Source of the DNA: Abditibacteriaceae bacterium
Lineage (GTDB): Bacteria > Armatimonadota > Abditibacteriia > Abditibacteriales > Abditibacteriaceae
Direction of reading: 5' to 3'
DNA length: 64,000 nucleotides
NCBI GenBank assembly: GCA_031372065.1
Contig: JANMKN010000008.1
Coordinates: 1-64,000 of the forward strand
Positions within the stretch are counted from its first letter, which is position 1; every line of letters begins with the position of its first letter. Shown in pieces: positions 18,803 to 28,477 of the stretch. A program made the position numbers and the translations under genes. The notes beneath the pieces are model-generated. The model had not been told where the DNA came from, did not search any database, and was given only the letters and a program-made list of their open reading frames with translations.

Positions 18803-19245
18803 GATGCAACCTCCATAAATTTTTCCAACTCACGCCGCACCGCGCTTTGCGCCGCGCCGCAGGGCAAAACCAAATTCCATTGAGGCAAAACGGCAAGCGG
18901 CAAAGGCAGTTGCGCGAAACGCGAACGAAGAGCGCGTTCGAGAAGTAGTAAGGGCACAGCGGGCGCTAAAGTTGTCGGTAATAAAAGAGAGGGCGCTTCG
19001 GCTTCACGCCCCAAATATAGCGCGCCATCGGCCCACGGCAAAACTTCGGCTTCACCTAAAATAATCAACAGGTTTTCACCGGCCACGCCCGCAAGCGACG
19101 ACAAAAAATCATCGTTGCGCCCCAACAAACGTCGCGCTAAAACGCGGGCCGTTTCATCACGCGCGACGACGGCACAAGCTGTTAAAGGCACAGCGCGCGT
19201 TTGCCAGTTGATTTGAAGAAGCGCGATGTTTCTATCAATTGTCAT
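18799..19245 (-). CDS. bpX5-type small protein of the ternary MoxR system
   Basis: WQTRAVPL...ARVLARRLL...LAGVAGENLLIILGEAEVLPWADGALYLG...PSLLLPT...LLERAL; starts 2 nt after the MoxR stop. Confidence 0.72.
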   Translation of the reverse strand: MTIDRNIALLQINWQTRAVPLTACAVVARDETARVLARRLLGRNDDFLSSLAGVAGENLLIILGEAEVLPWADGALYLGREAEAPSLLLPTTLAPAVPLLLLERALRSRFAQLPLPLAVLPQWNLVLPCGAAQSAVRRELEKFMEVAS

Positions 19246-19246
19246 T

Positions 19247-20362
19247 TCACACAAGCGCCGCCACGATTTCACCGCGCACATCGGCCAAATTTTCAGGCAG
19301 ATTTTCGGGCGCGAAACCGGCATCTATTTCACGCGCGATGCCTTCGAGTTTCAGTTGCCACGCGGCGCGGTTTTCTTCGGGCGCGGCCAACAATTCGCGG
19401 CCTGCATTGATAAGGCGCGTGGCGCGGGCGAGCGGGCCTTGCGAAGCTTCTTCGGCGGCGGCGGGCAAGGCGCGATTGACAGTTTCACCCAGCAAAGCGC
19501 GCAAAGTTTCGCGCGCGGCGGCTTGTTCTTCGCGTTCGGGCACGGCTAAAATAATCGGCCACAAATCGGCGGGCGTGGGCACCACTCTTCCATCTAAAAC
19601 GGCAGCCGCCGCGACGAGGCTTTGCACTTTTACGGCGCGTCTGTCGGTAAGATGCACGCCTGCGCTGCGTAATTGTCGAATCGCTTGCGCCAAAAGTGGG
19701 CGAATGGGTGATAAATCGGCATTTTTGGCCGCTTGCGACAACGCATCTATGTCTTGCAGCGACGCGGCGTTTGCCATGTTTTGATTGCCCAAAATCCAGC
19801 CGCCTTCGAGCAGTTCTTCAAGGCGCGGGTCGGGAATCGGGTCAATAAAAACGCGCACTAAAAAACGGTCGGCAAAAGCGGCTAACGAGGGGTCATCGGG
19901 CAAGGCATTGGAAGCGCCAACACATAAGCGCAACGGGCATTGCATAATGGTGTGACCGCGCCGAAAAACGCGCTCGTTGAGCAAACCCAAAAGCGTGTTG
20001 AGAATCGCCGTTGAGCCGAGAAAAATTTCATCAAGAAAGGCGATTTCGGCTTCAGGCAGCATATTGCTGGTTTCGGTTTCGACAAGGCCTTCGCGCAATT
20101 TGCGCAAGTCTACTGGCCCGAAAATTTCGCTCGGCTCGGTGAAACGGCCCAGCAGATATTCAAAGTAGCGCCCGCCCGTTGCTTTCGCCACGCGCCGCAC
20201 CGCTTCGCTTTTCGCCGTGCCCGGCGGCCCGATGACCAATAAATGCTCGCCTGCCACTGCGGCCAGCGCGATGGTTTCAACCAGCGCGCCGCGTTCGACC
20301 AAACCACACGCCGCACCCGCGATGGCCGATTGCAAGGCTTGGGAAGATTGTTGAATATCCAT
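19247..20362 (-). CDS. MoxR family AAA+ ATPase (RavA-like)
   Basis: GEHLLVIGPPGTAKS (Walker A), FEYLLGRFTEPSEIFGP, AFLDEIF (Walker B), ILNTLLGLLNER, DRFLVR. Confidence 0.93.
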   Translation of the reverse strand: MDIQQSSQALQSAIAGAACGLVERGALVETIALAAVAGEHLLVIGPPGTAKSEAVRRVAKATGGRYFEYLLGRFTEPSEIFGPVDLRKLREGLVETETSNMLPEAEIAFLDEIFLGSTAILNTLLGLLNERVFRRGHTIMQCPLRLCVGASNALPDDPSLAAFADRFLVRVFIDPIPDPRLEELLEGGWILGNQNMANAASLQDIDALSQAAKNADLSPIRPLLAQAIRQLRSAGVHLTDRRAVKVQSLVAAAAVLDGRVVPTPADLWPIILAVPEREEQAAARETLRALLGETVNRALPAAAEEASQGPLARATRLINAGRELLAAPEENRAAWQLKLEGIAREIDAGFAPENLPENLADVRGEIVAALV

Positions 20363-20435
20363 AAATTCGTTGAAGCATAGTATGCAGGGTTCGCCATTTT
20401 GAATGCGACAGTGTGGTTGGCGTTTTAGGGTGTGC

Positions 20436-20481
20436 AAAACAGAAGGCCACCTGAATTTGAATTCAGATGGCCTTCTGTTTT
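20436..20481 (-). terminator. Intrinsic terminator downstream of osmC
   Basis: 21-bp arms AAAACAGAAGGCCACCTGAAT / ATTCAGATGGCCTTCTGTTTT; the single mismatch is G-U on the minus strand. Confidence 0.7.
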
Positions 20482-20492
20482 ACATTTTGATT

Positions 20493-20918
20493 TTACGATT
20501 CCAATTTGGCGTCCATGGTGATTTCGGCTTTCAACAACTTGGAAATTGGGCAGCCTTCTTTGGCGTTTTTCGCGGCAGTCTCGAATGCGTCTTTGTCGGC
20601 GCCCGGAATGCGAACGGTTACATCCAGATGCACCGTTGTTACATCGAAACTGGCGCCGACTTTGTCCAGCGTGACGGTGGCTGTTGTTTCGATGCTCTCG
20701 GCCACCAGGCCCGCCGCGCCGAGTTGCCCTGACAATGCCATCGAAAAACAACCGGCATGAGCCGCCGCAATTAACTCTTCGGGATTAGTGCCGATGCCAT
20801 TTTCAAAACGAGTGCCAAACGAATACTGGGTTTGTTGCAACACGCCGCTCTGCGTGGAAATGTTACCTTTGCCGTCTTTGAGACCGCCTTGCCAAATTGC
20901 TGATGCTGTTCGCTTCAT
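20493..20918 (-). CDS. osmC: OsmC family peroxiredoxin
   Basis: [48 protein letters not shown]. Confidence 0.95.
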   Translation of the reverse strand: MKRTASAIWQGGLKDGKGNISTQSGVLQQTQYSFGTRFENGIGTNPEELIAAAHAGCFSMALSGQLGAAGLVAESIETTATVTLDKVGASFDVTTVHLDVTVRIPGADKDAFETAAKNAKEGCPISKLLKAEITMDAKLES

Positions 20919-21073
20919 AATGTCCTTTCAGTGCCTTGTTTTGGTGCAGCCGTCCCGTGCAATCTTTGCGCCTATCTACCATATCAGGCCCCAACACTGC
21001 GTCCCACATCATAAATAGCCTGCTGAACGAGCTGGATGGACAGCCTAAATCACGGGCCGCGCCTATAGCATTG

Positions 21074-21102
21074 TTGCATTCATTGCCGCTTTTCAATATA
21101 AT
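21074..21102 (+). promoter_or_regulatory. Sigma70-type promoter for the tRNA
   Basis: TTGCAT-17 bp-TATAAT, 18 nt upstream of the tRNA. Confidence 0.7.
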
Positions 21103-21120
21103 CCAACGGGCAAAACCCAA

Positions 21121-21193
21121 GGGGCTGTAGCGCAGTTGGGAGCGCGCTTGAATCGCACTCAAGAGGTCGGGGGTTCGAATCCCCCCAGCTCCA
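21121..21193 (+). tRNA. tRNA-Ala (anticodon CGC), CCA not encoded
   Basis: GGGGCTG...CAGCTCC-A acceptor stem with G3:U70; anticodon stem CTTGA/TCAAG with loop ATCGCAC; T-arm GGGGGTTCGAATCCCCC. Confidence 0.96.
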
Positions 21194-21369
21194 TCCTTTT
21201 TTCTTGACTTTCCGTTTGCCTTGATAAACAAGCGCACTCGACTTCACCAAGAAGCTATTCTACTGATGCTCTTCGATTCGGGAGGGCAACAAAAACGCAC
21301 CTGTTATCTGGCTAAAGTCACCGTGAGCCTTTACCTCCGCACGTTTGCCCCGACGAGGGAAACGCTTTC

Positions 21370-22434
21370 TTATGCGAGGCCGCACAGGTGCAAATCTTTT
21401 CGATAAATGGTGGCTCTTCCAGTCAATTTTCTCCCCAGTTTTTGCAGTTTGCGCCAATTATCCAAACGGCGGTTCATCCATTTTTCTTCCTGAATCAAAC
21501 CATGTTTGTGGTGAAATTTCAGCAAATCGGCAAAGCGTTTTTCGGGGTCGCAGCCCAAATTATACAGCAGTTTGCGATGACAAATCGGGCAAAAATCCAA
21601 AGGCGCGGCATCGGCGTCGCCCAGTCCGTTGGAGCCGTTCATCACACATTTATAAAACAAGCAATGCGGCATCCCCAGCAGATGTCCGGTTTCGTGAGCC
21701 AGCACCTGACACGAGCGACGCAGGCCGATTTTTTCGTCGCCGGGCTGACCTTTACGGCCCGAAAATTCAGGAAAATAGCGGCAAAGGCTGTAAATGCCAA
21801 CGCGAAAATCGAGACTGCCCTGACCAAAGACGAAATTCAAATCGCCCGCCCCTAAATCGGCCATCGTGACGCCCACATAAAACGCGGCATCGGGCGGTAG
21901 TTTTTGGTGCAGTTGATAGATAAACGCCGACGCATCATATTGAACGCCGCCAGCCGCCACGCCCTGCGCGGGCCGCGTTTTCGCGTTGATGCCCAAGCCC
22001 AGCGGCTTTTCCACGCGCACCGGCAACTGAAAACAAGCGCCACAATATGCGGCGACATCGGCCAATAACTTTTTCTGCTTTTCATCGAACGGGCCGATGG
22101 GCTGCAACACAAAAACCTTGCGCGCAGCCGTGGGCCGCATAGGGCCGGAAGCGCGATAGGCATCGAAATCCTGCACCGGATCGCGAAAGGCCGTCTGCCA
22201 ACCATTGAAATTCTCCGGCGAAACGCGCGTAAATTCGGCATCCTCGCGCGCGTCCACTGTGGCATAGGCGCGTTGCTTTATCAAACGAACCATCCAACCA
22301 TCCGCGTGCCCTGCGCCCGAAGTTGGCAAAGGCATATGGCGCCGCAGAAAAAAAACCAAAAACAGCGTCAGCAAAACGATAATTGTCCTGATGATGCGCC
22401 GTTTTTGGTTTTTGGGCGGCGTGACTTGCGCCAT
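21370..22434 (-). CDS. Archaemetzincin (M54-like) Zn metalloprotease with N-terminal membrane anchor
   Basis: HETGHLLGMPHC-x4-CVMNGSN...FCPIC; LNFVFGQG. Confidence 0.9.
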   Translation of the reverse strand: MAQVTPPKNQKRRIIRTIIVLLTLFLVFFLRRHMPLPTSGAGHADGWMVRLIKQRAYATVDAREDAEFTRVSPENFNGWQTAFRDPVQDFDAYRASGPMRPTAARKVFVLQPIGPFDEKQKKLLADVAAYCGACFQLPVRVEKPLGLGINAKTRPAQGVAAGGVQYDASAFIYQLHQKLPPDAAFYVGVTMADLGAGDLNFVFGQGSLDFRVGIYSLCRYFPEFSGRKGQPGDEKIGLRRSCQVLAHETGHLLGMPHCLFYKCVMNGSNGLGDADAAPLDFCPICHRKLLYNLGCDPEKRFADLLKFHHKHGLIQEEKWMNRRLDNWRKLQKLGRKLTGRATIYRKDLHLCGLA

Positions 22435-22438
22435 AAAT

Positions 22439-23110
22439 TTACGAAGTCGGCGTTGTAGTGTGATGTGGTGCGCGTTCGAGACGCGAGGCAGTTTTCCACT
22501 CGTTTAATTTGAGTTTGTCGTGCGAGAAGAAATTGCCGAAAAACACGTCAAGGCCGTCCAAAATCATAATGCCTTCATGAACCAAATCGTCCAGTTCATC
22601 GGAAGCGCCGGTATAATCTAAACGGCCCGCCGCTTGGCCGGAACGAGCCGTTGGATAAGCCTGTAAATCGCTGCTCAGTTCAGTGCGCAGGTTGGCGCGC
22701 ATTCCTTCGGCAGTGAATTTGGCCCACACTGTAGCGTCCTGAATCTTGCCGCTAAAATCGGTGGCGATGGCGATGACGCGGTCAGCGGCTTTAGAAGCCG
22801 GATGGCCGAATTGGGCCGCGAAATTCGGATCGTTGGTATCCTTGCCGACTAATTCTGCCGTGCGCGAAAGCGCGTTAATGTCCGTCCAAACTTCGTATAA
22901 AATCGCGGCTTTCGTGGCTGTTCCGCCTTTTTGGTCGCGGATACCGCCCGCTTGCACAGCACCGATTTCATTCAAGCGCGTGATGATTTGCGGCAAGCGC
23001 ACTAAAGCGTTCGCCGGGCGCGAGTTGGCGGGCCATTGGGCCTGATATTTGGTCAAAAAGGCGTTTGAATTGACCATGCGGTTCAACTGTCGAATCTCTC
23101 GTTCTGTCAT
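22439..23110 (-). CDS. Hypothetical protein, probably alpha-helical (223 aa), downstream of a repeat tract
   Basis: AGGAGA RBS before ATG 23110; amphipathic-helix pattern; ends WKTASRLERAPHHTTTPTS. Confidence 0.8.
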   Translation of the reverse strand: MTEREIRQLNRMVNSNAFLTKYQAQWPANSRPANALVRLPQIITRLNEIGAVQAGGIRDQKGGTATKAAILYEVWTDINALSRTAELVGKDTNDPNFAAQFGHPASKAADRVIAIATDFSGKIQDATVWAKFTAEGMRANLRTELSSDLQAYPTARSGQAAGRLDYTGASDELDDLVHEGIMILDGLDVFFGNFFSHDKLKLNEWKTASRLERAPHHTTTPTS

Positions 23111-23236
23111 CGAATCTCTCCTGACAATCAAAAATGGCACGACTTGGGATTAGAATTAGGCTAACATATCAAAGTTCGATTTTCACCGTCATTTTTTCGT
23201 CTGTAAGCCCGCTTAACTCGCATTCATAAGCATCGA

Positions 23237-23420
23237 ATATGAATACTCGCCTGATCAATGAATATCCCTAATGAATGGATACTCTGCACAGCCGTTTGAC
23301 TGATATTATTATCAAACGGATATGAATACTCGCCTGATTAATGAATATCCCTAATGAATAGCCCTCTGACTCATCGTTTTGGTTCTCTGACGCGCCGTTT
23401 GGCCTACGAAGCGCGACCTT
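23237..23420. repeat. Direct repeats: two 40-bp copies 83 bp apart plus degenerate ~21-bp CTCTG..CGTTT units
   Basis: ATATGAATACTCGCCTGAT(C/T)AATGAATATCCCTAATGAAT at 23237 and 23320; CTCTG-n-CGTTT motifs at 23282, 23364, 23385. Confidence 0.8.
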
Positions 23421-23606
23421 GAGTCACTTTTTGCCCGCAACGGAAACAGTCAAACACTGTGACAAATCCGACATTTACGCCCAAAAATAGCGTGTTCAAG
23501 ATTGAACTTTACAAGAAACCGTTACAATGGTTTCTGAATTCAACCTCACACACTGTGCCTTTAGGTTTCACAAGCCGCACCAAACAAACCGATAGCCAGC
23601 GTTGGG

Positions 23607-24116
23607 TTAGTTCGACTTACCTCTGTTATGTTTTCTTATTAACCGCTTTTGAAGAGTTACAAGGGTGCCATTTACCTTCGCCACAGCGTGAATATCAGCG
23701 CTACTAACATTTTTCAAATCTTTAACTTCGTAATCGTGCCATCCATGAGTTGATTGCTGTATTTGACTGTAAGCTATTCCTGGTGTATGTTGGAGAATCC
23801 CTTTTTTTCGATGGAAAATCGTAGTGCCAAAGGCGGTTCCACCGAAACTTCTTCCTGCATATGACCATTCCACGACATAATACGAGGCGTGTGGACAGCG
23901 CATTAGCATAGCTGATATAGCCTTTAGTGCATTCTTTTGACAAACGGCAGGCATCGCATAGTAGTCTTTATATTGGTTGCTACCAATATACGGCAGTTGT
24001 TCATATTCAGTATCTAAGCAGCGGTGTGAACGCAAGTCTTGAAAGCGCGTCGCCATAAAGAGAAAAGCGATGGCTAAAATGGAAACTGCAATTATTTTGC
24101 GTTCTGAACCTTTCAT
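23607..24116 (-). CDS. AT-rich orphan with N-terminal hydrophobic anchor
   Basis: MKGSERKIIAVSILAIAFLFMA...; visibly more AT-rich than neighbours; no recognisable motif. Confidence 0.55.
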   Translation of the reverse strand: MKGSERKIIAVSILAIAFLFMATRFQDLRSHRCLDTEYEQLPYIGSNQYKDYYAMPAVCQKNALKAISAMLMRCPHASYYVVEWSYAGRSFGGTAFGTTIFHRKKGILQHTPGIAYSQIQQSTHGWHDYEVKDLKNVSSADIHAVAKVNGTLVTLQKRLIRKHNRGKSN

Positions 24117-24200
24117 ACTTCTATTATGCCCTGTGCCACCAAATGTAAACGGGCCTTTGCCAACTTGTTTAGATTTTAATATCTTGCCTCTGGACTGCAA

Positions 24201-24230
24201 AAAAGCGCGTGAGAATTCTCACGCGCTTTT
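24201..24230 (-). terminator. Perfect 30-bp palindrome, terminator of the sugar operon
   Basis: AAAAGCGCGTGAGAA|TTCTCACGCGCTTTT, 15 nt after the substrate-binding gene stop. Confidence 0.75.
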
Positions 24231-24245
24231 GCCCGCATCTTACGA

Positions 24246-25292
24246 TTAAAAATCGTATTTATCAATGTTGTCTTTGGTGAAGATGAGAATGTCACCAAGC
24301 AAAATGTTGTCGCCAGCGATTTTCTTTTCGCCCAGCCGTCCGGCCTTGAAGGTGGTAGCGCCGCTTTTCAAATCGCCTTTGACGGCGGCGCGGGCGGCTT
24401 GAACGGTCAAATAACCGAGGTCGCCAGTGTTCCACAGCACCACCGATTTCACGGTGCCGCCTTTGACGTAGGCTTTCATGTCGTTGGGCGTCGAAAGGCC
24501 GGTCACGAAGACTTTGCCGTTCTTGCCGGCTTGTTTGACGGCTTCGGCGGCGCCGGGAAACGACACGCTGCTGACGCCCCAAATGCCTTTCAAATCGGGA
24601 TAGGCTTTCATCAAATCCTGTGCAGTAGAAAAAGCGAGCTTTTGGTCTTCATTCGAGGGCTTGGTGGCGATCAAAGTCATGCCCGGATACTTTTTCAAGC
24701 GCTCTTTCATGTATTTGATCCACTCGTTTTGGTTCGCAGCGGTCAATGTGGCCGTGATGATGGCAAATTTGCCCTTGGCGCCGCTATCTTTTGCCATCGT
24801 GTCCACTAAAGCGTTGCCGATTTGCTCGGCAGTGGCCTGATTGACAAACCAATCGCGCGAATCTTTATCGCCGTCGGCGTCCCACGTTATGACCTTGACG
24901 CCTTTTTCTTTGGCGGCTTTCATGGCGGGCGCTAAAACTTTGGGGTCGTTGGGCGAAACCGCGATGGCTTTGACGCCTTTGAGCGTCCATTTTTCGATCA
25001 TCTCGGCGGCTTTTTCGGGCGAACCATCGGTCGGGCCGTCGTAAATCACTTCGACATCGCCCAGTTCTTTGGCGGCTTCTTCGGCGCCCTTATCGCAGGA
25101 GGTGAAATAGGCGATGCCCTTTTTCTTGGGCAACAGCGCGATGCTGATTTTTTCGCCACTGGACGCAGTGGAAGGTTCACCAGAAGGTGTTGAACTGCTG
25201 GCGGTTTCCGTTGAAGAACTGTTGTTGCAACCGGCCAAAGCCAAAAACAAAACGGCGGGGACAGCGGGAACGGCGCGCAAAATGAGGCGCAT
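24246..25292 (-). CDS. Sugar ABC transporter substrate-binding lipoprotein (RhaS/LsrB-like)
   Basis: Lipobox LALAGC; LPKKKGIAYF; GAEEAAKELG; AIAVSPND; AANQNEWI; VTGLSTPN; LWNTGDLGY. Confidence 0.9.
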   Translation of the reverse strand: MRLILRAVPAVPAVLFLALAGCNNSSSTETASSSTPSGEPSTASSGEKISIALLPKKKGIAYFTSCDKGAEEAAKELGDVEVIYDGPTDGSPEKAAEMIEKWTLKGVKAIAVSPNDPKVLAPAMKAAKEKGVKVITWDADGDKDSRDWFVNQATAEQIGNALVDTMAKDSGAKGKFAIITATLTAANQNEWIKYMKERLKKYPGMTLIATKPSNEDQKLAFSTAQDLMKAYPDLKGIWGVSSVSFPGAAEAVKQAGKNGKVFVTGLSTPNDMKAYVKGGTVKSVVLWNTGDLGYLTVQAARAAVKGDLKSGATTFKAGRLGEKKIAGDNILLGDILIFTKDNIDKYDF

Positions 25293-25397
25293 AATTTCTC
25301 CTTGATTTAAACGAATTGAATGGTTTCTTCAGGTTTGCGGTAGGCGTCGTATATTTTCAGTTTTTCGGACACATTGCGCAACGTTTCGCAGATAATT

Positions 25398-27524
25398 TTA
25401 CGGTGCGAGGCTGTGAGACGGAAGCAAAATCGCCGCAGATAAAGGCGCTAATTGCAGCGTCACTTTGTCCTCGCTTTTGATGATTTTCTGACTGAGCGCC
25501 TCAATAAAACCATTTTTGCGCGCTGTTTTGAATGCCGCGCTTGCTGGCAACACGATTTCCACAGTCTGAGGCGCATTTGAACGGTTCAAAGCGACAATTG
25601 CGGCGTCCGATTCCAAAGTGCGCGCATAGACAATGGTTTGCGTTTTATCATCGGCGCGCAGAATCGCAGGCTCACCCGCTTGCAAAGCGCGGCTGGAATT
25701 GCGAATTGCAATCAACTGCTTGTAATAGCGCAGCATGGAATTGTCCGGCGTGGCTTTTTCCCATTGCATTCCGCGCCGATTGTCGGGGTCGCCGCCACCT
25801 TGCATTCCTAACTCTTCGCCATAATAAATCGAAGGCGCGCCGACCCAAGTGAATTGAACTGTCGCCGCCAATTGATGCAACTTTGTGTCGTTTTCACACA
25901 AAGTCAGAAAACGCGGCGTATCGTGGCTCGAAAGCAGATTCATCATGTTGCGCGACACTTGCGGCAAATAGCTTCGGTGAATTTGCATCAAGCGTTGCGT
26001 GAACTGCGAAGGAGTCGTTTTTCCGTCAGCGAAAAAACCGACGCACGCTTCGCGGAATTGGTAATTCATGACGGAATCCCATTGGTCGCCGCCCAGCCAC
26101 GGCGAGCCATCGCCCCACACTTCGCCGACAATCCACATTTGAGAATCGAGACTTTTCACGCGCTCGCGCAGCGCGCGCCAAAAGCGCCTATCCACTTCAT
26201 TTGCCACGTCCAATCGCAAGCCCGCCAGCGGCACTTGGCCTTTCCAGTAATTCACCAAATCGAGCATATAATCGCGTGTTGCCGGATTCATCAAATTCAA
26301 TTTCGGCATGGCACGATAGTTATTCCACGCTACATAATTGGGATTTTGTTCGATGCGAAGGGGATACGATTTGATGAAATACCAATCTTTAAAAGTTGAG
26401 TTTTCGCCCTTCTGTCGAATATCCATAAAAGCCGAAAAGGTTGTCGCTGTATGATTGAAAACAAAATCCATCACGGTGCGAATATTTTGCTGTTTTAAAT
26501 CCTTAGTCAGCGTCGAAAACTCCGCATTGGTGCCAAATTCGGGGTCAATTGTTTTGTAATCGGCAGCATCGTAACGATGATTGGAAGGCGACTTAAAAAC
26601 CGGATTAAAATAAACGGACGAAACGCCTAAATCTTTTATGTAAGCCAAGTGCTGCCGCACTCCAGCGATGTCGCCCCCAAAACGACTAAAACCATTTGGC
26701 GCGCTGTCCCATGCTTGCACGTTTTGCGGGTCGTTGGTCTTGTCGCCGTTTGCAAAGCGGTCAGGAAAAATCTGATAGAAAACTGTTTTTTCTACCCAAC
26801 TCGGCACATGGTAAGGCTTGAAACTTTTGGCGATAAATTGAAACGGTTTCGCGCCCCATAAAATCTTCTTCGGGCCGTCCTGCAATTCAAAATGGTAAGC
26901 CAAATCGTGCAACGGATTCGTCGCGATTTCGGCTTGATAAACAGCATATAGATCGTCGCTTTTGACTTGATTCATCGCATAACGCCGACCTTGCGCCACC
27001 AGCGTTATCTGCCGCAAATCACTGGGCCGCGCCCGCAGCGACACGATGAGTTTGCCGCGATCATAATTGAGAAAGGGGACGCGACTTTCATGTAACAGCG
27101 CGCTATAGGCCGTTTTGCCATCGTTTGGGCTGGCAGGAATTTCGTAATCGGGCGGTGCTATCAGCAAAACCGAATTGCGGTGTCCTTCGCCATCGTCTTC
27201 TTGATTTTTCGCAGCCGGGTCAACAATCCATTCCGCATCGTCCAGCACGAATTTATAAAGATACTTGCCGTAACTCAACGGCACGGTTAGACGCCAAGTG
27301 CGGCCATCGGCATCAGCTTTTAAGGTATTCGCGTTTTTGTTCCACCCGTTGAAAGTTCCGGCAACGGCGACGGATTTCAACGGCTTATCGGCCTTAAAAA
27401 TGAAGATGTAAGGCGCGACAACGGGAGGCGTTTCTTGCGCTGTGACAGGCCAAACTAACGCCAGAAAACATAAGAGGAATTTCAATAGCGACCAACTTTT
27501 ACCGTTTCGCAAAACCGCCATCAT
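25398..27524 (-). CDS. GH13 neopullulanase/cyclomaltodextrinase-like glycosidase with signal peptide and N-terminal carbohydrate-binding domain
   Basis: VAVAGTFNGW...YKFVLD (CBM48-like); FYQIFPDRFANGD; NHRYD; DFVFNH; GLRLDVANE; GEVW; LSSHD; IYYGEE. Confidence 0.92.
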   Translation of the reverse strand: MMAVLRNGKSWSLLKFLLCFLALVWPVTAQETPPVVAPYIFIFKADKPLKSVAVAGTFNGWNKNANTLKADADGRTWRLTVPLSYGKYLYKFVLDDAEWIVDPAAKNQEDDGEGHRNSVLLIAPPDYEIPASPNDGKTAYSALLHESRVPFLNYDRGKLIVSLRARPSDLRQITLVAQGRRYAMNQVKSDDLYAVYQAEIATNPLHDLAYHFELQDGPKKILWGAKPFQFIAKSFKPYHVPSWVEKTVFYQIFPDRFANGDKTNDPQNVQAWDSAPNGFSRFGGDIAGVRQHLAYIKDLGVSSVYFNPVFKSPSNHRYDAADYKTIDPEFGTNAEFSTLTKDLKQQNIRTVMDFVFNHTATTFSAFMDIRQKGENSTFKDWYFIKSYPLRIEQNPNYVAWNNYRAMPKLNLMNPATRDYMLDLVNYWKGQVPLAGLRLDVANEVDRRFWRALRERVKSLDSQMWIVGEVWGDGSPWLGGDQWDSVMNYQFREACVGFFADGKTTPSQFTQRLMQIHRSYLPQVSRNMMNLLSSHDTPRFLTLCENDTKLHQLAATVQFTWVGAPSIYYGEELGMQGGGDPDNRRGMQWEKATPDNSMLRYYKQLIAIRNSSRALQAGEPAILRADDKTQTIVYARTLESDAAIVALNRSNAPQTVEIVLPASAAFKTARKNGFIEALSQKIIKSEDKVTLQLAPLSAAILLPSHSLAP

Positions 27525-28477
27525 TTTTCCTCGCCAAGTAAGCGGTGCAGCAGCACCGACAAAATCAACAGCGAACCAAGAACTACAAAATTCAATTCAT
27601 CGCGCGACCAATGCCAACTGACAAATTCGCGCGTTTCGTGAATGAGCAAAAGGCCAAGAATCGTGCCCCAAACGTGGCCGCGCCCACCGAAAATGCTGGT
27701 GCCGCCTAAAACAACAGCAGTTATCGCGTCCAGTTCGATGCCTGTGCCAATATCGGCTTTGGCCGTGTTGCGTCGCGCCACATACAAAATGGCCGCGATG
27801 CTGGCCGCGAGGCCCGACAAGGCATACAATTGCAGTTTCAAGCGGTCAACCGGTAAGGCCGAAAAGCGCGCGCCCGTTTCATTGAATCCGATAGCGCGTA
27901 GCCAGACGCCGCCCGGCTTGCGATCCAAAAAATAAATCGCCGCAATCGCCGCGATGAAAAAACAAAGCGGCGCCGTGATGCCGCCAAAAATATGGCGAAA
28001 ATTATCGGGAAATCCCGAAATCGGGCGTGCCTGACTGACTCCTTCCGCGATACCTTTAAATGCCGCCAACGTCGCCAGCGTCACCAGCAAAGGATGCACG
28101 CGCACGCGCGCCACAAACCAACCGTTTAAAGTGCCCGCTGCAAGGCCGCAAAGCACAGCCAAAACCACACCGATAAAAGGCGAAATGCCTTTTTCAAAAG
28201 TGAGTCCCAGAACCACAGCACTTAGCGCCATGATGGAGCCAACCGAAAGATCAATGCCGCCGGTCAGAATAATCAGCGTCATCGGCACCGCTAAAAGTGC
28301 CAGTTGCCACAGGTTATCCAACAATGAAATTTGCGCCGACGGTTTGAGAAATTCCGGGTCAGTTATATTCGCGTAAATCAAAAGCGCCGCCAACAAAAAC
28401 AAGAGCGCCGTTTCGTGACGCAGAAACTTTTTGTAGTCGACTTTGGGCTTGCTTCCTAAGATGTTTTCGTTGTTCAC
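27521..28477 (-). CDS. Sugar ABC transporter permease (CUT2, RhaQ/LsrD-like)
   Basis: GGIDLSVGS; ELDAITAVVLGGTSIFGGRG. Confidence 0.92.
   Translation of the reverse strand: MNNENILGSKPKVDYKKFLRHETALLFLLAALLIYANITDPEFLKPSAQISLLDNLWQLALLAVPMTLIILTGGIDLSVGSIMALSAVVLGLTFEKGISPFIGVVLAVLCGLAAGTLNGWFVARVRVHPLLVTLATLAAFKGIAEGVSQARPISGFPDNFRHIFGGITAPLCFFIAAIAAIYFLDRKPGGVWLRAIGFNETGARFSALPVDRLKLQLYALSGLAASIAAILYVARRNTAKADIGTGIELDAITAVVLGGTSIFGGRGHVWGTILGLLLIHETREFVSWHWSRDELNFVVLGSLLILSVLLHRLLGEEK

Noticed and set aside
20863..21237. 124-aa minus-strand ORF
   Set aside because: Contains GAGGIRTPDLLSAIQARSQLRYSP, the reverse translation of the tRNA-Ala.
21260..21365. Structured ncRNA after the tRNA
   Set aside because: Only weak, imperfect pairing (GGGCAAC / GTTTGCCC) and no recognisable family motif; an Rfam search would be needed.
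23237..23359. Mini-CRISPR (two 40-bp repeats with a 43-bp spacer)
   Set aside because: Only two copies, not palindromic, the intervening sequence partly resembles the sequence after the second copy, and there are no cas genes.
21121..24200. tRNA-anchored genomic island
   Set aside because: No integrase and no duplicated tRNA 3' end seen in the window.
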